Notes: a model not told the origin generated them from the letters alone. A DNA stretch of 64,000 bases from Pseudomonadota bacterium (GCA_018623135.1 JAAZVW010000004.1:746-64745), one strand, 5' to 3'; positions 9,788-21,362 are shown, counted from the first letter of the stretch. A program made the numbers and translations.

Positions 9788-9833
9788 TAAACGTATAGAA
9801 ATTGTATCAATATAATTTAGAGGATAAAAAACG

Positions 9834-11781
<1,948 letters not shown>

Positions 11782-11800
11782 TCATTTAGCTAAAACTTAA

Positions 11801-11827
11801 AAGCCACGCTGCTTGCGTGGCTTTTTT
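11801..11827 (+). terminator. Rho-independent terminator after groEL
   Basis: gccacgc/gcgtggc stem, 5-nt loop, T6. Confidence 0.75.
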
Positions 11828-11923
11828 ATGCGATAGGGTTATTTTTTTGACAAAGTGCGTAAAAATACCTATTTATTACTAAATGGTGCATAAACCTAAA
11901 ATAAATTAAAAAAGAAGAACAAA

Positions 11924-12907
11924 ATGCCAGAAATTGCTTTGCTTACACCCTATCAGTCACTTTCTCCTGCTTTAGTATTAGAAGCAGTGGAAATGCTGTG
12001 TGGCAAAACAACTGGCTATGTGTTTGCCCTGAATTCGTATGAAAACAGGGTATATGCTGTAGAATTAGAATCAGGTGAAGAGGTTGTTGTTAAATTTTAT
12101 CGCCCTAATCGCTGGACAGATGAGCAGATTTTAGAAGAACATCAGTTTGCTTTTGAATTAGAAGAGGCTGAAACACCTGTTGTTGCGCCTTTAAAGTTTG
12201 ATGGTGATTCGCTATTTGAATTAGATGGTTTTAATTATGCTATTTACCCAAAACGTGGTGGACGTGCTTTTGAAGTACGCAGTGAAGAAGATTTTAGGCA
12301 AATGGGTCGTTTAGCTGCACGTATTCATAATGTTGGGTCACAGCATAAATTTGAAGAAAGAATAGCACTTACGCCTTATACCTATGGTTGGGATAACCTA
12401 AATTACATCAGACAATCTGAATTTTTATCACCTGACTTATTACCTGCTTATGATGCAATTGCAACTCAGATTCTGAAGTCTATTACTCATATTTGGGATG
12501 CTGAAGTATTTGAAACCCGCTTACATGGAGATTGCCACTTAGGAAATATTCTTGTGAACCAGGAACCTTTTTTTGTAGACTTAGACGATAGCCTTTCAGG
12601 ACCTGAGGTTCAGGACTTGTGGATGTTTTGTTCTGGGCAAGGGCAGGAGCTCAGTAAACAAATGAGCCTTGTGCTTGAAGGTTATACAGAAATGAGAGAT
12701 TTTGATTATAGGCAGCTTAGGCTGATAGAGGCGTTACGTAGTTTAAGAATGATTCATCATTCTGCATGGTTGGCGAGGCGCTGGCAAGACCCTACATTCC
12801 CGAGAAATTTTCCGTTTTTTGTGGAAGGGAATTACTGGCAAAGACAAATTCTTGATTTAAAAGAACAGCTAAGTTTATTAGAAGAGCCTATTTTGGTAGG
12901 AGTATAA
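11924..12907 (+). CDS. srkA: stress response kinase A (YihE/RdoA family Ser/Thr kinase)
   Basis: It can be aligned along its whole length with recalled E. coli YihE: LNSYENRVY, VVKFYRPNRW..EQILEEHQF, LHGDCHLGNIL, FVDLDD, GPEVQDLWM. Confidence 0.8.
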   Translation: MPEIALLTPYQSLSPALVLEAVEMLCGKTTGYVFALNSYENRVYAVELESGEEVVVKFYRPNRWTDEQILEEHQFAFELEEAETPVVAPLKFDGDSLFELDGFNYAIYPKRGGRAFEVRSEEDFRQMGRLAARIHNVGSQHKFEERIALTPYTYGWDNLNYIRQSEFLSPDLLPAYDAIATQILKSITHIWDAEVFETRLHGDCHLGNILVNQEPFFVDLDDSLSGPEVQDLWMFCSGQGQELSKQMSLVLEGYTEMRDFDYRQLRLIEALRSLRMIHHSAWLARRWQDPTFPRNFPFFVEGNYWQRQILDLKEQLSLLEEPILVGV

Positions 12908-13798
12908 ATGAAACAAATTACCTTTGAAGAAGCATGGCAAGCTTGTAAAGAAGCGGAAGTACGGTTACCAGAAAAACCGCCTGTTGTGGAGCCGCAAGCT
13001 TGCGACGAGCTTTTGGATGTGCTTAAAAATTATGATTTGTTTTTAGTGGGTGCAGAAGGCGTTTTACATAAGGGTAAAGAACCTTGTGAAAATGCCATTA
13101 CCGCGGCTAATTCATTATTACTTTTAGGTAAAAAAGTTCATGTTATTACAAATGATGCCCATAATACAGGTGCACATGTTGCGCATAATTTGTTTCAGAT
13201 GGGCTATAGATTTACAAAAGAACAGATTACAACTTCTTTAGATGAAATTTCTGCTTTTACGCATTTACCAGGGCAAAACTGGGGCTATATTAGTACACGC
13301 GTAAACCCAATACCGCACTTAACACAAAACTTGCCAAGCATTACAGTGGATAATTTCCCGGATTCGGTTGAGAATATTTTGATATTGGGTACAGGGAATT
13401 GGAATGAAGAAGGGCAAAATTTATTAATAGATCGTTCACGTCAAATTAAAGAAATTATTGTGGCAAACCCTGATGTTGCAGAATATGGAGTTGATACGAA
13501 AGAACTTGTGCCAACAGCTGGTTATTATGGGCATCATTTAGCAGATTTTGGTGTGAATGTACGTTTTATGGGTAAGCCTTATCGTAATATTTTTGAATAT
13601 GTTTTAAGAAAATACCCAGGTATTCCTAAAGAACGGATTTTGGTAATTGGTGACTCATTGCATACGGATGTTTTAGGTGCGCGCGCTTATGGCTTAGATG
13701 CGATGTTGGTAAAAACAGGTGTGCTGGGTGATAAAGATATTAATGCGCTTTGTGAAGAATCTGGCATTTGGCCTAATTATATTGCTGATAAAATGTAA
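12908..13798 (+). CDS. HAD-superfamily subfamily IIA protein (TIGR01459-like); motif I nucleophile not evident
   Basis: GVLHKG, VITND and C-terminal GDSLHTD motifs. The expected DxWGV motif reads GAEGV. Confidence 0.65.
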   Translation: MKQITFEEAWQACKEAEVRLPEKPPVVEPQACDELLDVLKNYDLFLVGAEGVLHKGKEPCENAITAANSLLLLGKKVHVITNDAHNTGAHVAHNLFQMGYRFTKEQITTSLDEISAFTHLPGQNWGYISTRVNPIPHLTQNLPSITVDNFPDSVENILILGTGNWNEEGQNLLIDRSRQIKEIIVANPDVAEYGVDTKELVPTAGYYGHHLADFGVNVRFMGKPYRNIFEYVLRKYPGIPKERILVIGDSLHTDVLGARAYGLDAMLVKTGVLGDKDINALCEESGIWPNYIADKM

Positions 13799-13815
13799 AG
13801 AACACACAAAGTGAC

Positions 13816-13847
13816 AAAAAAACGCCCTGCATTGCAGGGCGTTTTTT
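13816..13847. terminator. bidirectional Rho-independent terminator
   Basis: A7 - acgccctgc/gcagggcgt (9-bp perfect stem, 3-nt loop) - T6, between convergent genes. Confidence 0.8.
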
Positions 13848-14739
13848 ATTCTCGCGGTAGGAGACCTTTTGGTCTTAAAAATAAGGTGGGATAAATATGG
13901 TCGATAGCGCCCATATTTTCTTGAGCGAGGAGAAATGCTTCAAAACCGCGCATTTCTAATTCGTGCAGTTTGTGGTATGCACGGGGGGTGAGGGTAAAGC
14001 CTTTTGCCCAATAGAGATCTTTAAGGTCATTAAAAATATCTATAAGGGTAGAGGCTTTCATGGTTTTATTGTCCCATGTGCCTAAACAAAAACCATTTCT
14101 TTGTAATGCCAGAAAAGCTTCTAGGCTTGGGGCCAGGTGATTACGAGCGTTGCATAAAATGTAACCTTTTTTAAGCAGAGCATAATCTGTTAAATAATTG
14201 TGAATATCTGTAAAAACAGGTTCTTCATTCGACAGCTGTGCTTCTGCAATGTGATTAAGCCTTGAGAGACCGTTTTTATCAATCACTGTTTGTTCTAGCT
14301 GATTGAGTGGTGAAAGTAGCTGTGCAAAAACATCCATTTCAAAATCAAGCAGATAATCTGTTGCAAGATATTCCTGCAATAAGACATTTGCACTTGCTTG
14401 AGTGGTTGATGAAATGAACCTGAATACTTCTGGAAAAGGTGGACTACCACAAGCCTGTAGGTTTTTATAGATGAAAGAAAATCTCTTTTTTGAGAGCGTT
14501 TCTGGTTTTTGTGGCCTTATAAGGCGTAAGATGTTCCAAGTTTCTGCTGTAAGTACGTAGCGGGCATTATGTGTAAGCATAAGGTGCTCGTTACGAGCAT
14601 CTTTTGATAAAAGAGAAACTTGTGACAGAATACGCTCTTTATCACCATTTAAGATGAGCCGTGCAATGGCCTCTATAACGTTTACATATTTAGCGAGTGG
14701 GTGTGAAATTTTATTGTGTTTGAGGTAACTCTTAGTCAT
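13846..14739 (-). CDS. hypothetical protein (no recognisable domain)
   Basis: 297-aa ORF bounded by terminators. No motif recognised. Confidence 0.6.
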   Translation of the reverse strand: MTKSYLKHNKISHPLAKYVNVIEAIARLILNGDKERILSQVSLLSKDARNEHLMLTHNARYVLTAETWNILRLIRPQKPETLSKKRFSFIYKNLQACGSPPFPEVFRFISSTTQASANVLLQEYLATDYLLDFEMDVFAQLLSPLNQLEQTVIDKNGLSRLNHIAEAQLSNEEPVFTDIHNYLTDYALLKKGYILCNARNHLAPSLEAFLALQRNGFCLGTWDNKTMKASTLIDIFNDLKDLYWAKGFTLTPRAYHKLHELEMRGFEAFLLAQENMGAIDHIYPTLFLRPKGLLPRE

Positions 14740-14814
14740 AAGTACGACCTCTTTATAAGAAAGGAAATGTAAGTGCGTTATAAATGCTAATCTGTTTTTA
14801 AATGAGATGCAAAT

Positions 14815-14840
14815 AAAAAGCCCCTTAGATGATAAGGGGC
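14815..14840 (-). terminator. Rho-independent terminator for the 86-aa gene
   Basis: gcccctta/taaggggc stem, with the T-run on the minus strand (A5 on plus). Confidence 0.65.
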
Positions 14841-14869
14841 TTTAGTTATTCTGTTTTGATTATGCAACA

Positions 14870-15130
14870 TTAGATATAAACATCTACAGAGCCTTGTTTT
14901 TGTTCTTTTGCTTTGGCTTGCTGCTTGTTCTCAGATGCTTTTTTAGAGGCATCTTCCTTACGAATATTTTCAGTTTTATTGCGCATATCAGCTTCGTTAC
15001 GCTGGGCTTGAGGCTCAGTCGCTAAGGCACTTGCTGTTGCATTTACTGATTCTACGGGGCGCTGCCTTGGTCCGCTACGTGATGCAGACGCAATATTAGC
15101 AAAAGCACTCCCTTTGATTGCTTTTAACAT
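14870..15130 (-). CDS. small hypothetical protein, predicted disordered (A/K/E/Q-rich)
   Basis: There is a strong SD (aggaggg) about 7 nt upstream of the ATG and the gene has its own terminator. The sequence is low complexity. Confidence 0.5.
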   Translation of the reverse strand: MLKAIKGSAFANIASASRSGPRQRPVESVNATASALATEPQAQRNEADMRNKTENIRKEDASKKASENKQQAKAKEQKQGSVDVYI

Positions 15131-15289
15131 AGTTTTCCCTCCTACTACTCCTAAGTTATTATAATCATTAATACTTTATCTTTCAAGTGAAAAGAGGTGC
15201 TGATATTTTGTTGTTTAGGGGTGGTTTTTAAGGTGAAGATACGTTAGTATTGTTTTGTTCGAACAAACAATAAAAAAAGAGCAAGTAGC

Positions 15290-18241
15290 TTGAGTGTTGA
15301 TAAAAACATGATTCCGTGGCGGCTTTTTGTGCCCATCGTCTTTTTAATTGGTGCCAGTCTTTCTGTCTGGGGCAGTGCTTCCTTTACGCGTTCTTCTGAA
15401 AACTTATGGCAAGAAAAAATACGCTTAATTACAGCTAAACAGCTGTCTTCTGTGCATTCTAGATGGGCGGAGCTCGATGGCGTGATGCATTCATTGCAAG
15501 ATGTTGTTGCGGATGAAAAGGGTGTTGGACTAAATAGTTTTAATGCTGTTTCTAAAAGTGCTTTAAAGCGATTTGAATCTTTAGATAGTATGGCATTATA
15601 TGCTTTAGATAGAGCGAGTAGACCTTTATTAAGCCGCGGTAAAGAGGTGGTGCTTGCGGATAATTTTTGGCTGAAGCATAAAGAGATTTGGCGTAATAGA
15701 GGTGTTCCTGAAAATTTGACACTGGTAAAAGCGCAAAAAAATAGTAGCCTAGCCTTGTTCCCATTACGTTATCAGAATGAATTATATGCTGTTGTTTTAA
15801 GTTTTTCTTTAGAAGGGTTTATGAATAATGCTTGGGCTGACCCTGTGCTTAAAGGTATGGCTTTAGGTTATCAGGTTGAAGGATCGAATAATATTACAGC
15901 CGTTTATCGCAAAACACTAAAAGACCAGAAGGCCTTTGATTATAAGCAAAAAGTTTTTGTGGGCGGGCATCCGATTGATTTTATTTGGCAAATAAATGAT
16001 TCCCTTTTAGGTGGTGTAGACCGCATGATGGGGCATTTAATTTTGGCATTTGGTTTGATTTTTAGTGCCGCAGCTGCTCTTTTTGTTGCGCTTCAACAGC
16101 GACTTGCTGACCATATTAGGCAGCGTGTTATTGAAAGAACAGAAGAGCTTGAGCTGGCAGGGCGTAAGAATAAGCTTTTGATTAATAATGCTTTTGATAT
16201 GATCGCTATTTTGGACCTTTCTGGTAAAGTACAGTATGCGAATGCGGCTTTTAATCGTACGCTTTTTTATGCACGTGACCGCATGAAAGGCACAGATTTT
16301 AAAGAATATGTGCACCCTGAAGACCGTCATTTAGTGGAAAAAAGCCTTTCAGAATTAGCGCAAAATCATCCGTTTGAAGAAACGATGTTCCGCATGAAAA
16401 ACGAACGTGGTGGCTGGGTTTATGTTAAATCGGTCGCTAAAGCGTTATTTGATAAAGGGTTTCAGGAGCTTGATAGTATTGTTATTCATTTACATGATGT
16501 AACAGAGCAACTTAAATTCCAGCAGGAAATTTCGGCATCTAACGAGCGCTTTAAGGATTTTGCAGATTCATCATCTGACTGGTTGTGGGAAATTGATGAT
16601 AAGTTTAATTTCTCTTATGTTTCTCCGGGTATTACAGGGGTTTTAGGGTATTCCCCGAATGAAATGATTGGTGAGCCTTTTGCTGCGATGTTTACCCAAA
16701 ATGGTGAAGATGAAGGCACTAAAGTTTTGATTGAGACCTTGCTTGAGCGCAGACAGCCTTATCGTGATATTGAGTTTTGGACGCATTCTAAACAGGGTAA
16801 AGCTGTTTGTGTGCGTATTTCTGGTGTGCCTGTGCAGGATGTTGATGGTCATTTTATTGGTTTTAGGGGCGCTGCTTCTAACCAAACGGCAAGTAAAATT
16901 GATCGTGAAAATGTTCAGAAACTGGCAACAACAGACCAGTTGACAGGTTTATATAATAGGCATCGTTTTCAAGAAGAATTAGAACGCACTCTTGCGCTTG
17001 CACAGCGTCATGATGATTATGGTGTTCTTTTGTTGATTGATTTGGATCGTTTTAAAAATATTAACGATACTTATGGCCATGAAGCAGGTGATATTTACTT
17101 AAAAGCTGTTGCGGAAGTGTTTAAAATTACTTTACGTACAACAGATGTAATTTCTAGGCTTGGTGGTGATGAATTTGCTATTATTATGCATAACTTAACG
17201 CCTAAACAAGCACAGAAAAAAGTAAAAGAACTTATTGATAATATTAATGATTTACGTGTAAGTTACCGTGGGGCGATATTGCAGGCTTCTATGAGCGTGG
17301 GTATGGTGAGTTATCCGTTAGAAGGTAAAGATTCTAGCAGTATTGTAACGGCGGCTGATTTGGCCATGTATCGCGCCAAAGAAATGGGTCGAAACCGTGT
17401 TTTTGTGGATGATTCTGGTGATATTTCTGCAGGTGCTCAAGAAGCGCGCTTACAGCTTGAATGGCTAGACCGTTTACGTGATTCTTTAAATAATGATGAC
17501 TTTGAAGTGTTCTTCCAACCGATGATACCGACGCATGTGGAAGATATGCCGATTTATGAGAGCTTAATTCGTGTACGTGATGAAAGAGGTAAAATTGGTG
17601 AACCTTCATTATTTATTAAAGCGGCGGAACATTACGGTATTGTGCAGCAGTTGGATAGGCAAGTGATTCAGCGTGTGATTAAGCATTTAAGTGAACTTAA
17701 AGAACAACGTGGGTTAGAAGCAACGGCATCTATTAATATTTCGGGTATGTCTTTAGGGGTTCCTGAAATTTTGGTAAGTTTACGAGAAGGCTTAAGAAAA
17801 TACAAAAATGTTAACCCAAATAAAATTATTATTGAGGTAACAGAAACAGCTGCGGTGCGCTCTATGGAAGAGGCGCAAAGTTTTGTAAATGAGCTTAAAG
17901 AAATTGGCTGTAATTTTGCGTTAGATGATTTTGGTGTTGGTTTTTCTTCGTTTTCTTATATTAAACATTTAGATATTGATTATTTGAAGCTGGATGGCTC
18001 TTACATTCAACATTTGGATAAATCACGTGAAGATCAACTATTTGTGCAGTCGTTGGTGAGCTTGGCTAAAGGTTTAGGCATTAAAACCATTGCTGAATTT
18101 GTGGAAACAAAAGAGGTAATGGATTTACTTAAAGATTTTGGTGTGGATTATATACAAGGTTATTACATTAGTAAGGCACAGCCTGATTTACCTGATGTTT
18201 GTGGTCGATTTAATACCAAAAAAGCCATGGATTTTGCTTAA
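15290..18241 (+). CDS. membrane sensor diguanylate cyclase/phosphodiesterase (periplasmic domain-TM-PAS-PAS-GGDEF-EAL)
   Basis: RLGGDEFAI (GGDEF) and EAL-domain motifs (ESLIR, EVTE, DDFGVG, KLDGS). Two PAS-like segments and two TM helices are present. The start is TTG at 15290, with an alternative ATG at 15308. Confidence 0.9.
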   Translation: MSVDKNMIPWRLFVPIVFLIGASLSVWGSASFTRSSENLWQEKIRLITAKQLSSVHSRWAELDGVMHSLQDVVADEKGVGLNSFNAVSKSALKRFESLDSMALYALDRASRPLLSRGKEVVLADNFWLKHKEIWRNRGVPENLTLVKAQKNSSLALFPLRYQNELYAVVLSFSLEGFMNNAWADPVLKGMALGYQVEGSNNITAVYRKTLKDQKAFDYKQKVFVGGHPIDFIWQINDSLLGGVDRMMGHLILAFGLIFSAAAALFVALQQRLADHIRQRVIERTEELELAGRKNKLLINNAFDMIAILDLSGKVQYANAAFNRTLFYARDRMKGTDFKEYVHPEDRHLVEKSLSELAQNHPFEETMFRMKNERGGWVYVKSVAKALFDKGFQELDSIVIHLHDVTEQLKFQQEISASNERFKDFADSSSDWLWEIDDKFNFSYVSPGITGVLGYSPNEMIGEPFAAMFTQNGEDEGTKVLIETLLERRQPYRDIEFWTHSKQGKAVCVRISGVPVQDVDGHFIGFRGAASNQTASKIDRENVQKLATTDQLTGLYNRHRFQEELERTLALAQRHDDYGVLLLIDLDRFKNINDTYGHEAGDIYLKAVAEVFKITLRTTDVISRLGGDEFAIIMHNLTPKQAQKKVKELIDNINDLRVSYRGAILQASMSVGMVSYPLEGKDSSSIVTAADLAMYRAKEMGRNRVFVDDSGDISAGAQEARLQLEWLDRLRDSLNNDDFEVFFQPMIPTHVEDMPIYESLIRVRDERGKIGEPSLFIKAAEHYGIVQQLDRQVIQRVIKHLSELKEQRGLEATASINISGMSLGVPEILVSLREGLRKYKNVNPNKIIIEVTETAAVRSMEEAQSFVNELKEIGCNFALDDFGVGFSSFSYIKHLDIDYLKLDGSYIQHLDKSREDQLFVQSLVSLAKGLGIKTIAEFVETKEVMDLLKDFGVDYIQGYYISKAQPDLPDVCGRFNTKKAMDFA

Positions 18242-18273
18242 GGTTTGCTGTATTCAAAAGCTTAACGCATTGT

Positions 18274-18459
18274 TTATTTTATAAAAATAACATATAGTAT
18301 GATTTCTGTAAGTAAAAGAGCGGAAAAGCCGACACGTAAAAACATAAGTTTATTACTTTGTTTGTTGCCATTTTCTGAGCTTTTAGTAAGCTTGCCAAGG
18401 CCTGTAAAAAGGGTAAGGCATACTGCAATAAATGTAAGAATTAAAACGGCTTTAAACAT
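18274..18459 (-). CDS. HIG1-domain / twin-transmembrane-helix small protein
   Basis: 61 aa with two TM helices separated by GN..SNKLM.LRV, resembling the alphaproteobacterial HIG1 family (recalled). Confidence 0.65.
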   Translation of the reverse strand: MFKAVLILTFIAVCLTLFTGLGKLTKSSENGNKQSNKLMFLRVGFSALLLTEIILYVIFIK

Positions 18460-18488
18460 AAAAAAGATCCTTTTTGTTATTTAGTAAT

Positions 18489-19553
18489 ATGATGTGGTTA
18501 AACGGTAGATTTGTCAAATTTGTTTTAGGGGGTGCTTTAGGGTTAGCCTTGAGCTTTTCTGCGATGGCGCAAACTACGAATGACGCTTCTGTTGTTACAA
18601 ATAAAACGATGCCGCCTAATCTTACGATGAATCTTGTTTTAAACTCCGCTAATGTAGATGAGCAAAATGAGCATTATGCCGCTTTTGTGGAATCTTTAAT
18701 ACGTCAATTCCCACGAGATATAGAAATAGATAAAGAAACAGCGAAAAAACTAAAAACGCTAGACCCTGCTTTTGATTATATGAATGTGGTTGCTTATTTG
18801 CCAAGGTTTGGCAAAGAACCTGTGGCGGATAATGAATTTTTAATGCCAGATAAACGCATTCATTTGTTAAAAGTGGCGATTAAATCGGGCCAAGAAAATG
18901 GTAAAGATGTGTCTGCTTTGGAAGAGGTGTTGCTTCAGGAACAGCAGTTGGGTGTTGCATCCGAAATTAAAGAGCCTCAAATAAAAATGGCTTCTGCTGT
19001 AGATGAAAAGGCAGAAGTATTTGTAACAACTGAAAATGCCCAAGGGACAATTAGGTTGTTTGATACAAAAGAGGCGAGAGAATATTTAATGTCTCTACGT
19101 AAAGGAACCGCACCGCAGTATATTTTAGATATTGTAGACGGTGAGAAATCGGATAAGAAAAAGATTGTTCGTAAGCTTAAAAATAAGCAACGTATTGCAG
19201 TGGCACAGGCAAATACTATAAAAAAAGCAAGTGCTTCAGCTAAGATAGACCCTAGGGTGTTGCAAAAAGTTTATTTTGAGGCAGATGCTGTGGAGCTGAG
19301 TGTTAAACAACGTCAGCAACTGATTAAATTATCTGAGCGCTTGACCAAATCTGGTATTCGGGATAATTTTGCGATTCTTGTAAGTACGTATCAGAATCCT
19401 TTTGTTGGAGACTTGGGCGCGCAGCGCTTAAGGGCTGTAAGAGGCTTTTTACGTCAGTTAGATATAAATATTGATGCTGGATACCAAGCAGTCGCTTATG
19501 TTAATGCGACAAATTTAGATCAGCAATTTGTGGATATTGGGAATTTGGAGTAG
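18489..19553 (+). CDS. secreted hypothetical protein; weak OmpA-C-like C-terminus
   Basis: Signal peptide FVLGGALGLALSFSAMA-QT. The C-terminal LGAQRLRAVRGFL loosely resembles OmpA-like domains. The ATG at 18489 is preferred over the TTG at 18474. Confidence 0.55.
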   Translation: MMWLNGRFVKFVLGGALGLALSFSAMAQTTNDASVVTNKTMPPNLTMNLVLNSANVDEQNEHYAAFVESLIRQFPRDIEIDKETAKKLKTLDPAFDYMNVVAYLPRFGKEPVADNEFLMPDKRIHLLKVAIKSGQENGKDVSALEEVLLQEQQLGVASEIKEPQIKMASAVDEKAEVFVTTENAQGTIRLFDTKEAREYLMSLRKGTAPQYILDIVDGEKSDKKKIVRKLKNKQRIAVAQANTIKKASASAKIDPRVLQKVYFEADAVELSVKQRQQLIKLSERLTKSGIRDNFAILVSTYQNPFVGDLGAQRLRAVRGFLRQLDINIDAGYQAVAYVNATNLDQQFVDIGNLE

Positions 19554-19556
19554 ACC

Positions 19557-19868
19557 ATGAAAGTTACATTTTTAATTGGTGATGAAAAAGAATCTGTAGA
19601 ATTAAATGAAGGTGAACGCCTTTTAAAAGCAGCTTATAAATTAGGTTTAGATGCAGCTGGTTTTGGTGATTGCGGCGGTAATTGCATTTGTTCTACATGC
19701 CATGTGTATGTGGAAGAGGGTGAAGAACTATTTGATGAACCGAATGCAGAAGAAGAAATGCGTTTGGATATTGTAGCTGATCCACAAATGAACTCTCGTT
19801 TAGCTTGCCAACTTATTGCAGATAAAGATGGTGAAGTTGTGGTGCGTGTGCCAGAAAAAATTGCTTAA
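19557..19868 (+). CDS. fdx: 2Fe-2S ferredoxin (adrenodoxin/Fdx type)
   Basis: Cys ligand pattern CGGNCICSTCHV plus LACQ; 103 aa. Confidence 0.85.
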   Translation: MKVTFLIGDEKESVELNEGERLLKAAYKLGLDAAGFGDCGGNCICSTCHVYVEEGEELFDEPNAEEEMRLDIVADPQMNSRLACQLIADKDGEVVVRVPEKIA

Positions 19869-19890
19869 TCTTTTCAGTTTAAAACAATAG

Positions 19891-19921
19891 AAAAAAAGAG
19901 CGCATTCCAGCGCTCTTTTTT
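19891..19921. terminator. bidirectional Rho-independent terminator
   Basis: A7 - agagcgc/gcgctct - T6, between the convergent fdx and mipA-like genes. Confidence 0.8.
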
Positions 19922-19954
19922 CTGTTTTGTGACTATTCTATTTTTTATCATTCG

Positions 19955-20770
19955 TTAAAACTTATAGCCAACAGCAAGTACGGCTGTGTAGTTGCCATCT
20001 TCTTCTGCAAGTGGAGAATCAGCAGCATCACCTAGTAGATGTTTATAGCCTAGGCTTGTGTTTACAAACCAGTTGTTATCAATAAAGTACATGCCGTTAA
20101 TGCCGACAGAAAGTTCGCCTAAGCTTGCTTGTGCTTCGTAGGCAGGGCGACCTGCTATAGCTTCGGATGTTTTAACAGAGTAGTAAGTATCCGCAAAATC
20201 TTCGCCGTAATATGTAAGGGCTGAGCTTAATGTAAGGCGTAGCTTTTTGACAGGGCTTGCTAATCGGTAACGAGAGTAAAGAGATGCTGTATAGCTTTGG
20301 TGCGCATCGAGTGTATCTAATAGTAAATTAGCACCAAGTGTAAAGGAAGGGTTGAATTTATATTCAACAAATGGGCCTAGTTCTAGTGTTGTATCTACAT
20401 CTGCCATGCCTGTTAGCAGATCAGCATCTTCGGCATCTCTTGAGGTGCGGATGTTGCCTGTAATACCTGCTGTAAGTTTGTCGTTAAATTTACGCTGTCC
20501 GCCGATGCCGCGGATAGGGTTTACAAAGAGGCTATCTGTTTCATTGATTTTATAATCAAGAGTTGCGAAAGGAATAACGTAGAGCTCTTGTTCTGATGAG
20601 CCTAAGTATTCTGGTGTTGTAAGAGCGCCCATACCTACAGAGATGTTAAGTTTTTTTGAGCTCTGTGGTTGTTGTTGCTGTGTTTTAGATGAGTCGTCTT
20701 GAGCATAAGTTGTTGTTGCTGTGCTTAATGCAATAAGCGCAGGGGCAATGTAACGTAAAGATAGCGACAT
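19955..20770 (-). CDS. MipA/OmpV-family outer membrane protein
   Basis: Signal peptide, PEYLGS motif, alternating beta-strand pattern and a C-terminal aromatic (VGYKF). Confidence 0.75.
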   Translation of the reverse strand: MSLSLRYIAPALIALSTATTTYAQDDSSKTQQQQPQSSKKLNISVGMGALTTPEYLGSSEQELYVIPFATLDYKINETDSLFVNPIRGIGGQRKFNDKLTAGITGNIRTSRDAEDADLLTGMADVDTTLELGPFVEYKFNPSFTLGANLLLDTLDAHQSYTASLYSRYRLASPVKKLRLTLSSALTYYGEDFADTYYSVKTSEAIAGRPAYEAQASLGELSVGINGMYFIDNNWFVNTSLGYKHLLGDAADSPLAEEDGNYTAVLAVGYKF

Positions 20771-20850
20771 GATATCGTCCCTTTTTTTATTTTTCTAGAG
20801 TTAGAAAGTCTGTACAATAAAGTGTACAAAAAAAATAGCTAGATGAACAT

Positions 20851-20880
20851 AAAAAAGGCAGGAATTTTTTCCTGCCTTTT
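20851..20880 (-). terminator. Rho-independent terminator after the DUF465 gene
   Basis: ggcagga/tcctgcc stem flanked by A6 and T4. Confidence 0.65.
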
Positions 20881-20910
20881 GAAGGTTTTGTATTAAATAA
20901 TGATGGAGAT

Positions 20911-21132
20911 TTAGTGTACCTGCTGTGCTTTTGCACGCTCAATCATGGTCATTTCATCGCGAATACGTAATTTAAGCTTTTTAAGCTGAGCAACGGTACC
21001 TGTCGCACGTCCTGGGTGAAGTTTTTCATCTTCTATTTTATTTTCTATGCGTTGGTGCTCTGTTGAGAGCTTGCGGTATTGATAGTCAGTGTTCATAAGA
21101 TTTTGAATAATACTATGATTGTTTTGTGACAT
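20911..21132 (-). CDS. DUF465 (YdcH-like) small protein
   Basis: 73-aa coiled coil with the characteristic LKKLKLRIRDE motif. Confidence 0.65.
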   Translation of the reverse strand: MSQNNHSIIQNLMNTDYQYRKLSTEHQRIENKIEDEKLHPGRATGTVAQLKKLKLRIRDEMTMIERAKAQQVH

Positions 21133-21362
21133 GGCAAGTCTCCTTTAATTATTTGTTTTGATATAAGCATTTTAACAGTTTGTATAAGCAAATACAAAAA
21201 CAGCTATAAGAAATTTTGTGTGTATAATGCGACATACTTTCAATAGTTATTTAGTAAAAAAATAAAAAAAAGGCTTATTTAAAATCTTTAAGTTGTGCAA
21301 AGCAGCATTTAATGCTTACAATTTATGGAATAATAAGAATTATTATATAAGGAACATAAACA

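Noticed and set aside
14870-15130. 86-aa disordered protein considered as an FlgM-like anti-sigma factor.
   Set aside because: Only its size and disorder are similar. No conserved FlgM C-terminal helix motif is recognisable and there are no flagellar genes nearby.
21133-21362. Sigma-54 promoter or NtrC enhancer sites upstream of glnA.
   Set aside because: I could not find a GG-N10-GC element or TGCACC-N5-GGTGCA-like sites. The region is simply AT-rich.
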